64,000 nucleotides of DNA from Bacillota bacterium (GTDB taxonomy: Bacteria; Bacillota; Clostridia; Tissierellales; MES13): the NCBI GenBank assembly GCA_009711765.1, contig VEND01000051.1:3972-67971 (forward strand), in the 5' to 3' direction. This document shows, one piece after another, positions 18,284-26,289 of this stretch (within the stretch, counting starts at the first letter, position 1; every line of letters starts with the position of its first letter). The notes beneath the pieces are model-generated. The model did no database searches, had not been told where the DNA came from, and saw only the letters and a program-made list of their open reading frames with translations. The translations under genes were made by a program, and so were the position numbers.

Positions 18284-19267
18284 ATGAAAAAACTAAGGAT
18301 TAAAAGCATTTATGTACTATTAACAATTTTTGTATTTTCTCTTTTATTAAATGGATGTACATCGAATAATGATACATCAAAAAACAAAGAAATAAAAATT
18401 GCAGAACAATATGGTCTAGCCTATGCACCCCTTCAAATAATGAAGGATAAAAAAATCTTAGAAAAGAACTTACCAGAGGGAGAAGTAATATGGAAACAAA
18501 TGGGCAATACTGCTGCAATAAGAGAGGGTATGATAGCTAATCAAGTTGATGTTGGTTTTATGGCTATTCCACCATTTTTGATTGGTTGGGATAAAGGAAT
18601 GGATTGGAAAATTGCCAGTGGAGTATCTTCAATGCCTATTGGATTAGTAACCTATAAAAGTGAAATAAAAACAATAAAGGATCTTACATCTAAAGATAGA
18701 ATTGCTTTACCTCAACCTGGAAGTATCCAACATATAATGTTATCAATGGCAAGTGAAAAAACTTTTAATGATTCCCGTAAATTTGATAACCAATTAGTTA
18801 CTATGGCACATCCCGATGGTATGAATGCTTTATTAGCTAAGAAGGATATAACAGCACACTTTACCTCGCCACCTTATATTTTTAAAGAATTAGAACATGA
18901 GGGTTTTCACAAGGTTTTATCTGGTAAAGAGGCTATGGGAAAGGATTTTACTTTTATAATAGGTGTAACAACAAAGGCATTTCATGATAAAAATTCTGAA
19001 GGATATAAAGCATTTGTAGAGTCATTAAAAGAGGCAATTAGTTTTATAAACAAACATCCTGATAAAGCAGCAGATATTTTAGCTAAGGAATATGATTTAC
19101 CTAAAAAAGAGGTATTAAAATATATAACAGCTGATGGAACAGTTTATAGTCAAGAAGTAAATGGATTAGAGGATTTCGCTGATTTTATGAAAAGAAATGA
19201 TTATATAACAAAGTCCTTTAAAAATAAAAAAGAAGTATTATGGGAAGACGTTACAGATGACAAATAA
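18284..19267 (+). CDS. ABC importer substrate-binding lipoprotein, NMT1/SsuA/TauA-like
   Basis: Lipobox LLLNGC. Periplasmic-binding fold resembling the nitrate/sulfonate/taurine (NMT1/THI5-like) family. Starts 16 nt after the ATP-grasp gene. Confidence 0.75.
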   Translation: MKKLRIKSIYVLLTIFVFSLLLNGCTSNNDTSKNKEIKIAEQYGLAYAPLQIMKDKKILEKNLPEGEVIWKQMGNTAAIREGMIANQVDVGFMAIPPFLIGWDKGMDWKIASGVSSMPIGLVTYKSEIKTIKDLTSKDRIALPQPGSIQHIMLSMASEKTFNDSRKFDNQLVTMAHPDGMNALLAKKDITAHFTSPPYIFKELEHEGFHKVLSGKEAMGKDFTFIIGVTTKAFHDKNSEGYKAFVESLKEAISFINKHPDKAADILAKEYDLPKKEVLKYITADGTVYSQEVNGLEDFADFMKRNDYITKSFKNKKEVLWEDVTDDK

Positions 19268-20042
19268 ATTTATGGATAATAAATTTATTTTAAGATTTTT
19301 TTGGATAGTAATACTAGGTATTATATGGCAAGTAATTGCTTTAAGTGAAGTATTTAATCTAACTTCTTTTCCTAGGATAGAAACCCTTTTAGCTTCTTTA
19401 ATAAAAGATATTTTAAATGGTGATATAATTATTCAAACCCTTTATTCATTACGTCTTATACTTAAGGGGTTAATGTTTGGATTAATAATTTCTATAATAT
19501 TATCTGGAGTTTCAATGATATCAAAGGTGTTTGAAGGTTTTGTTGACACTATAATAGCCATTGCCCATCCTTTACCTGGGATTTCGTTACTACCATTAGT
19601 CATTCTTTGGATGGGCATAGGAGAGAGAGCTATTATTTTTATAATTGTACACTCTGTTGTATGGCCTTTGACACTTAATTTACTTGCAGGATTTAGGGCA
19701 ATTCCAAACATATATAAACAAATAGGAAAAAATTATGGATTAAATTCTTTAAAAATTATTCAATATATATTAGTTCCTGCTTCATTACCATATTTTATTA
19801 CAGGCTTAAAAATTGGATGGGCAAGGGCTTGGAGAGCAGTTATAAGTGCAGAAATGGTTTTTGGAGCAGCCGGAAATGCAGGAGGATTAGGATGGTTTAT
19901 CTTTAAGAAAAGAGTATTTATGGATACGTCTGGATTATTTGGAGGATTAATAGTTATTATTCTTATTGGTATAATGATAGAGGATTTATTCTTTGAAAAA
20001 TTTGAAAAAATGACTATTAAAAAATGGGGTATGTCTATATGA
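19257..20042 (+). CDS. ABC importer permease (SsuC/TauC-like)
   Basis: Six-TM BPD-type permease with the EAA-like loop (GLKIGWARAWRAVISAEM). Overlaps the binding-protein gene. Confidence 0.8.
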   Translation: MTNKFMDNKFILRFFWIVILGIIWQVIALSEVFNLTSFPRIETLLASLIKDILNGDIIIQTLYSLRLILKGLMFGLIISIILSGVSMISKVFEGFVDTIIAIAHPLPGISLLPLVILWMGIGERAIIFIIVHSVVWPLTLNLLAGFRAIPNIYKQIGKNYGLNSLKIIQYILVPASLPYFITGLKIGWARAWRAVISAEMVFGAAGNAGGLGWFIFKKRVFMDTSGLFGGLIVIILIGIMIEDLFFEKFEKMTIKKWGMSI

Positions 20043-20794
20043 GGTCATTACTTGAGATAAAGGAAGTGTCTAAATCCTTTAAAAAGGATAAAAGGAAAGT
20101 AAAAGTATTAAATGATGTAAGTTTTTCTGTAAAAAAAAGAGAATTTTTATCAATAGTAGGCCCTTCTGGATGTGGTAAATCAACCCTTTTAAGTTTAATT
20201 GCAGGCTTTGATGAATACGATGAAGGAAACATTTATTTTAAGGGTGAAAAAATAATAGCTCCAAGTCCTGAGCGTGTTATGGTATTTCAAGATTTTAATC
20301 AACTTTTTCCTTGGAAAACAGTCCTTCAAAATGTTTTATTTCCATTGACTGTTAACAAAAAAGAAATGAATATAAATAAAAGAAAAGATTTAGCTAGGAA
20401 GTATTTAAAGATGGTTAAGTTAGAAGGATATGAGGATTATTATCCCCATGAAATATCTGGAGGGATGAAACAGAGAACTGCCATTGCTAGGGCTTTGATA
20501 ATGAAACCTGAGATTTTATTAATGGATGAGCCCTTTGGTAGTTTAGATGCCCAGACACGTATGCAATTACAAAGTACGTTAATTGAATTATTAGAAGAAA
20601 TAGAAACTACTATTGTTTTTGTTACCCATGATATAGAAGAAGCAGTTGTACTATCTGATAGAATAATAGCTTTGTCAAATTCATCTAATAGTATTAAAGA
20701 TGTAATAGATAATAACTTAGATAGACCAAGGGATAGATTAAGTAATAGATTTATTGAAAAAGTAAAGGAAGTATATGATAAAGTAAAAGAGTAA
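20039..20794 (+). CDS. ABC importer ATPase (SsuB/TauB-like)
   Basis: Walker A GPSGCGKST, FQDFNQLFPWKTVLQNV, signature ISGGMKQR, Walker B LLMDEP. The start ATG overlaps the permease stop (ATGA). Confidence 0.85.
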   Translation: MRSLLEIKEVSKSFKKDKRKVKVLNDVSFSVKKREFLSIVGPSGCGKSTLLSLIAGFDEYDEGNIYFKGEKIIAPSPERVMVFQDFNQLFPWKTVLQNVLFPLTVNKKEMNINKRKDLARKYLKMVKLEGYEDYYPHEISGGMKQRTAIARALIMKPEILLMDEPFGSLDAQTRMQLQSTLIELLEEIETTIVFVTHDIEEAVVLSDRIIALSNSSNSIKDVIDNNLDRPRDRLSNRFIEKVKEVYDKVKE

Positions 20795-20815
20795 ACTTTA
20801 AGTTTACTCTTTTAC
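20783..20815. terminator. Palindromic bidirectional terminator embedded in the last codons of both convergent genes
   Basis: gtaaaagagtaaac-tttaa-gtttactcttttac has 14-nt perfect arms. Both stop codons lie inside it. Confidence 0.6.
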
Positions 20816-22360
20816 TTTATATATTTTTATATACCAATCTCTAGTATTAATATATCTTGTAATTCTAATACCATATAAATTATCTTTAAATTTATAAATA
20901 ACCCTACATTTGTTATTTAAGAAATTTTTCATATCTTCATAATAATAATATAGATTACCATATACTCCATTCCATATAGGGCGGGAATTATATATAAAAT
21001 CCATTTCATCTGAATAGACTATATATTTAATATCATGGCTATATATATAATCAGAAAAGCTCATATTATTTTCATCTAAAAGGAAAAGATTTCTATAATC
21101 ATATAACTTTCCATTTTCAAAATAGTATTCACTATTAAGATTAGCTAAAACAGTGTCATCTTTTTTTATAACCTTTCCTATCTCATTTAAATAGTCACTA
21201 TAGCTAGTATTTAAATATGGTAATACATTGCTAGTTGTTGTAAAAATGAGTATAATAGCTATTGAAACTATTGACAAAGAGTACCACCTTTTAAGATCTT
21301 TTAGTATATAGATTGTTAATAGAAAAAAAAGAGGAAATAAAAATATTATACTTGTTGCATTAAATCTACCTATCATAACAATCCCTATATTTATACTTAA
21401 AATAACTAAAACAATAGAAATTAAAGCCTCTTTTTCAGATGAATTTTTAGTAAAAATAATTTTAATCAAGGTTGTAAGAAAAATTGTAGAAAATAAATAA
21501 AACTGAAATTTAATGTTAGGTGTATAGTATGTACCACTAACACTGTAATAAAGCTTTAAATAAAAATCTTTTAATTGATCAATTTTAGATGTTATTGGAT
21601 TTAAAACTCCAAATTGACTCCCAAAATTTGCATAATTACTTAAAAAGTTTGGATCAAATTTAAAGCTAAGATAGACAAAGAATACTAGAAATAAAGAAAC
21701 TATACTAATAAGAATTGTAATATTTTTAACTTTTAATTTTTTCAAAATGAAAATGTGATATGAATATAAAAATCCAAACACAAGGGATATAATAAAGCTA
21801 TTAGGGTGGATACCGATACTTAATCCAACTAAAATACCTAGCATTATATCTTTATAATATTGATTTTTAATATTTTTATAAAATATATATAGACCTAATA
21901 TAAGAGAAAAAAGTAATACTACTTCTTGCCTTGCAAAGTGGGATGCATATATAAACTGAACATCTATAGCCAGTAATAATGTTGAAAAAAAAGCTAGTTT
22001 TTTTGACTTAAATAAAATCATAGATAGTTTATAAAAAAAGAATAAAGCTAATGTAGAAAAACTTAAAGATAATAATCTAAAGGTGAAAATATTATATCCA
22101 AATATTTTTAAAAATACTATTTGCATTAAATGGAATAAGGATTTAATTGCGTGGGGATTTCTTTCATATAAGTCAAAAAAAGTTTCTGTTACAGAAAAGT
22201 CTTTTTTTTCTAATATATTTCTAGATAAGCCACTTAACCATGGTTCATCGGAATGAACGAATGGAAAGTTAGTTAAAAAGAATAAGTTTATTAGAAAATA
22301 TAAAATTAATAGACTTATAAGAATGGTTTTATTTGATTTAAATACTTTAGTTTTAGACAT
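20804..22360 (-). CDS. GT-C fold membrane glycosyltransferase (ArnT/PMT-like, GT39/GT83-type)
   Basis: 518 aa with about 11-13 TM helices. The first extracytoplasmic loop has FVHSDEPW (acidic DE pair, as in ArnT/PMT). C-terminal soluble domain. GAGGTG SD before ATG 22360. Confidence 0.8.
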   Translation of the reverse strand: MSKTKVFKSNKTILISLLILYFLINLFFLTNFPFVHSDEPWLSGLSRNILEKKDFSVTETFFDLYERNPHAIKSLFHLMQIVFLKIFGYNIFTFRLLSLSFSTLALFFFYKLSMILFKSKKLAFFSTLLLAIDVQFIYASHFARQEVVLLFSLILGLYIFYKNIKNQYYKDIMLGILVGLSIGIHPNSFIISLVFGFLYSYHIFILKKLKVKNITILISIVSLFLVFFVYLSFKFDPNFLSNYANFGSQFGVLNPITSKIDQLKDFYLKLYYSVSGTYYTPNIKFQFYLFSTIFLTTLIKIIFTKNSSEKEALISIVLVILSINIGIVMIGRFNATSIIFLFPLFFLLTIYILKDLKRWYSLSIVSIAIILIFTTTSNVLPYLNTSYSDYLNEIGKVIKKDDTVLANLNSEYYFENGKLYDYRNLFLLDENNMSFSDYIYSHDIKYIVYSDEMDFIYNSRPIWNGVYGNLYYYYEDMKNFLNNKCRVIYKFKDNLYGIRITRYINTRDWYIKIYKVKE

Positions 22361-22589
22361 TTTCTCACCTCAAAAGAATCTATTTGTAAATTGTTAAATC
22401 CTTTACTAATTATAACATCTTTGTTGGAGTATATTATTAAAATGGTTGTATTTGATAATTTAATACTATATTTAAAATATTTATGACTGATAAGTTTAGA
22501 TTTAAAGTATAATTGTAATTGTATATAATACAAATTTAACAATCTTTTTTAGTATTTATATAAGCATAATCAAGAATGGAGGGTTAATT

Positions 22590-23501
22590 GTGAAAAAATT
22601 ATTTAAAATATCTTCTCTTATAGTAATAATGGCAATGATGTTTATAAATGTTGGATGTAATTCATTTAGTGGAGAAGAAGGAACTGAAATTATCGATGCA
22701 AAAGAAGCACTAGATTTATTTAATCAAGAAAATGTTGTGGTGGTTGATGCTCAAGGGGCCCAAGGTTATGAATCAAAGCATGTTAAAAACTCTGTTAATA
22801 TTACTAGGGCAGACATAGTAATTAATGAACCTGTAGCAAATATGCTTGCGCCAAAAGAACAAATCGAAGAGGTTATGAGTAAAAGAGGTATCTCTAATGA
22901 TGATACAGTAGTAATTTATGATAATAATAATAATATGGATTCAGCAAGATTATGGTGGACTTTAAAGGTATATGGCCATGAAAACATTAAAGTTGTAAGC
23001 GGTGGATTAAACGCACTTCGTGATGCTAATGTTGAATTTACAGAAGAAATGCCAAATGTATCACCTACAAAATATGTAGCTAAAGATAAAGATACAACTA
23101 TGATTGCAACTAAAGAAGAGGTAAAATCTCAGGTTAATGACCCTAAGAAAAATGTGATGTTAATAGATACTCGTACTCAAAAGGAATATGATGCTGGGAC
23201 TATTCCAGGTTCTGTATTAATGAATTATATTGATAACAATGAGTTTAATGGTACTTTTAAATCAGTTTCTGATATTCAGGTAAGGTATTTAGATGAAGGT
23301 CTAATCCCAGAGGATACTGCTATTATGTATTGTAAAACTTCAATAAGAGGTACTCAAACTTATCTAGCTTTATATAATGCAGGTTATAGAAACCTTAAGT
23401 TATATGATGGAGCATGGGTTGAATGGTCTAAGGATTCATCTTTACCAGTTCAAATGCCAGAAAAAACTAAAATAGAAATAAACGAACAGGATATTTCTTA
23501 A
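22590..23501 (+). CDS. Tandem-rhodanese sulfurtransferase (TST/MST-like), lipoprotein
   Basis: Signal peptide with lipobox NVGC. The N-domain is inactive (Asp in place of Cys: YDNNNNMDSAR). The C-domain has the active loop YCKTSIRGT. GTG start behind GGAGGG. Confidence 0.8.
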   Translation: MKKLFKISSLIVIMAMMFINVGCNSFSGEEGTEIIDAKEALDLFNQENVVVVDAQGAQGYESKHVKNSVNITRADIVINEPVANMLAPKEQIEEVMSKRGISNDDTVVIYDNNNNMDSARLWWTLKVYGHENIKVVSGGLNALRDANVEFTEEMPNVSPTKYVAKDKDTTMIATKEEVKSQVNDPKKNVMLIDTRTQKEYDAGTIPGSVLMNYIDNNEFNGTFKSVSDIQVRYLDEGLIPEDTAIMYCKTSIRGTQTYLALYNAGYRNLKLYDGAWVEWSKDSSLPVQMPEKTKIEINEQDIS

Positions 23502-23522
23502 TAACTTATTTAATTTTTAAAG

Positions 23523-23560
23523 CACTGGATTCTTTTTAAAGAATTCAGTGTTTTTATTTT
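23523..23560 (+). terminator. Intrinsic terminator
   Basis: cactggattcttt-ttaa-agaattcagtg followed by a T-run. Confidence 0.7.
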
Positions 23561-23693
23561 GGTTATAAGTAAAAGTTTTCGTTATTGTTTTTTCTTATAT
23601 AGCATTGCTTATTCCGAGAATAGAACTGAGTAATCCTATGTTATAATTTAAATATGTTAAATAAATAACACAAAGAGAGAGAGGAGATTTATA

Positions 23694-24647
23694 ATGCTAA
23701 AGAATTTAAAAGGAGTATTTTTAATTTTATTATTAGTAGCAATGGTAAGTTTTGTAGGATGTTCTAATAGTGAGGAACCAGCAACAAGTGAAGAACCAAA
23801 TAAAACTGAGGAATCAGCTGATAATAGTGAAGTATTTATTCAAGCTGTAAGTGATTATTATACAAATATGGGTGATGACATCTATAAAATTCCTCAAGAT
23901 AAGTTTGTAGAGAAGGTTAAGGCTGGAGAAGATATGTTTGTATTAGACATAAGACAACCAGATGTATACCAAGAAGGACACATAAAGGGTGCTGTTAACG
24001 CACCATGGGGTACAGCAATAAGCGAAAACCTTGACAAATTACCAAAAGATAAGCCAGTAATGGTATATTGTTATACTGGACAAACAGCAGGACAAACAGT
24101 TGCATTATTAAACATGGCAGGATTTGACGCTAAATCTGTTAACTTAGGTTGGAATTTAGGAATTTCAAAGGTTGAAGGTGTAGAAGCTGTAACTGAAACA
24201 ACTGCTAATGAATTTGGACAACCAACTGGTGTTGAAATTAAACCAGAAATTCAAACAGCATTAGACGATTACTTCAGTGGTCTTAAAGATGTAAAAGGAA
24301 CTACTTATGCTAACTATAAAATAAGTGAAGATAATGCTAAGAAGAAGTTAGATGAAGAAGATAGTAGTGTAATGTTCTTATCAATAAGAAATGCAAAGCA
24401 TTTTAAAGAAGGACACATCAAAAGCGCTAAAAACATTCCATTTGGAAATAATATGCATAGAGAATTTAATTCATTACCAAAGGATAAAAAGATCATAGTA
24501 TATTGTTATACTGGACAAACAGCAGGTCAAACTGTAGGAACTTTAAGATTATTAGGTTATGACGCTGTATCATTAAATGGTGGAACAGGTATGTCAATAA
24601 ATGAGCCATATGGATGGACAAATAAAGGATATGAATTAGTAAAATAA
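23694..24647 (+). CDS. Double single-domain rhodanese lipoprotein (both domains have a catalytic Cys)
   Basis: Lipobox FVGC and a Ser/Glu-rich linker. Two rhodanese modules each carry VYCYTGQTAGQT active-site loops. Confidence 0.8.
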   Translation: MLKNLKGVFLILLLVAMVSFVGCSNSEEPATSEEPNKTEESADNSEVFIQAVSDYYTNMGDDIYKIPQDKFVEKVKAGEDMFVLDIRQPDVYQEGHIKGAVNAPWGTAISENLDKLPKDKPVMVYCYTGQTAGQTVALLNMAGFDAKSVNLGWNLGISKVEGVEAVTETTANEFGQPTGVEIKPEIQTALDDYFSGLKDVKGTTYANYKISEDNAKKKLDEEDSSVMFLSIRNAKHFKEGHIKSAKNIPFGNNMHREFNSLPKDKKIIVYCYTGQTAGQTVGTLRLLGYDAVSLNGGTGMSINEPYGWTNKGYELVK

Positions 24648-24668
24648 GTAATTTGAATTTTTCATAGT

Positions 24669-24700
24669 AAGACAGGTATCCCCTTTGGATACCTGTCTTT
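24669..24700 (+). terminator. Intrinsic terminator
   Basis: aagacaggtatcc-cctt-ggatacctgtctt followed by T. Confidence 0.75.
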
Positions 24701-24826
24701 AGGAGTTTGAAGTAACTAGAAATATTAAATCCAAAGAAAAGTATGTTTGCTATTGAGCTTTCATATTTTCTTTGGATATAATTTGACACGTTAATAATTT
24801 GAAGTATAAAAGAAAGGGAGGTAAAA

Positions 24827-26125
24827 ATGAAAAAGACTGAGAATATTTTAGGATTTATAGGTATTTTATTATTAATAATTTTAGGAAGTACTTTTTTAAA
24901 GACAAACATGTTACTTTTTAGACTTTTAGTTGGAGCAGGATTAGGTTATACATTAATGAGAGCTTATACAGGGTTTGCAGGTAGCGTTAATCGTGCTTAT
25001 AATGGAGGATCAACGAAGCTTGTGAGAACTTTAATGTTTATGTTCTCTATTACTGCTTTATTAGTAACTGGATTTTTATTCAAAGCAGATCCTGCAAGTT
25101 ATAACCTTTGGGTAAACCCTATTAATCTTGGGTTAATACTAGGAGGATTGTTATTTGGATTTGGAATGACTTTTTCAGTATGTTGTGCTTCAGGTGTGCT
25201 TACTGATTTAGTAACTGGATTACCTAGAGCTTTTATTACATTATTGTTTTTTAGTTTCGGTGTATTTCTTGGATTCCCTATACAAAGGACTGCAGGAAGG
25301 GTTAGAAATTCATGGGTTTCTACACCGGTTGGTGAGAAGTTGTATGGAGGTATTTATCTACCTGATCTTTTTAAATGGGATGGATTTGAAGGTTATTTAG
25401 GAGCACTTATATTAACAGTTTTACTTTGTGGTATTGTAAGTTTCATTGCATATAGATATGAAAGACGTCGTAAGTTAAATGGAAGTTTTGTAGGTATCCC
25501 TACAGAGACAGAGCAGCATAAACATGATGATTTTGATAATAAAGATCATAAATTCTTTAGTAGTGAAAATTACAAACGTTTATTTGTAAAGCCTTGGACA
25601 TTGAAACAAGGAGCAGTAGCTATTAGTTTTATATTTGTTTTATTAATGGGAGTAACTAAAGCAGGTTGGGGAGCTTCTACACCCTATGGTATCTGGTTTG
25701 GTAAATTTCTAATGGTATTTGGAGTTTCAGTTGATTCAATTGTTTCCTTTACTAAAATGTCACCGGGTGTTTTTGAATTACCATTCTTTGACCATCCAAT
25801 AACAGTGCAAAATGTTGGTATTGTATTTGGAACAATTATTTATCTATTAACTGCAGGTAAATTAAAAGAAACATTCGTATCAGAGCTTAAGATAACTAAA
25901 AAAGAAGCACTATTATTTGCATTAGGTGGTATTACTATGGGACTAGGAACTCGTCTTGCTAATGGTTGTAATGTAGGTGCGTTATATACACCTGTTGCTA
26001 ACTTTTCACTTTCAGGTTGGGTATTTTTAGTATTCATGGTCTTAGGCGGTATTGTTGCTAATGTACTTTCTAAGAAATTAAGTTCAAGCAAATCTGATTC
26101 TACAAGCTCTTCAACTGCTTCATAG
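24827..26125 (+). CDS. YeeE/YedE family sulfur-compound (thiosulfate-type) transporter, fused full-length form
   Basis: 432 aa. The first repeat has FSVCCASGVL and the second has LANGCNVGAL. A charged cytoplasmic linker joins them, and the C-tail is Ser-rich. Confidence 0.85.
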   Translation: MKKTENILGFIGILLLIILGSTFLKTNMLLFRLLVGAGLGYTLMRAYTGFAGSVNRAYNGGSTKLVRTLMFMFSITALLVTGFLFKADPASYNLWVNPINLGLILGGLLFGFGMTFSVCCASGVLTDLVTGLPRAFITLLFFSFGVFLGFPIQRTAGRVRNSWVSTPVGEKLYGGIYLPDLFKWDGFEGYLGALILTVLLCGIVSFIAYRYERRRKLNGSFVGIPTETEQHKHDDFDNKDHKFFSSENYKRLFVKPWTLKQGAVAISFIFVLLMGVTKAGWGASTPYGIWFGKFLMVFGVSVDSIVSFTKMSPGVFELPFFDHPITVQNVGIVFGTIIYLLTAGKLKETFVSELKITKKEALLFALGGITMGLGTRLANGCNVGALYTPVANFSLSGWVFLVFMVLGGIVANVLSKKLSSSKSDSTSSSTAS

Positions 26126-26289
26126 GAATAGATTTTAGTTAGGTAAAGCTTATATTGAAAGAGTTAAATTTGTATTTAAAGACTAAGTAAGTATATTATA
26201 TCAAGATTTAATTTTAATATATAGTGTTTATATCGTTGTATAGTTTAGAAACGATCCATTTAATAATATTTAAAGGAGGACAAATTATA

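Noticed and set aside
22315-22542. 75-aa ORF overlapping the 5' end and upstream region of the GT-C gene.
   Set aside because: It lies in the promoter/leader region. It has no SD, its composition is typical of AT-rich non-coding DNA, and it overlaps the well-supported GT-C start.
24493-24909. 138-aa minus-strand ORF spanning the rhodanese 3' end, the intergenic region and the yeeE start.
   Set aside because: It crosses two well-supported plus-strand genes and a terminator, and its sequence is low-complexity.
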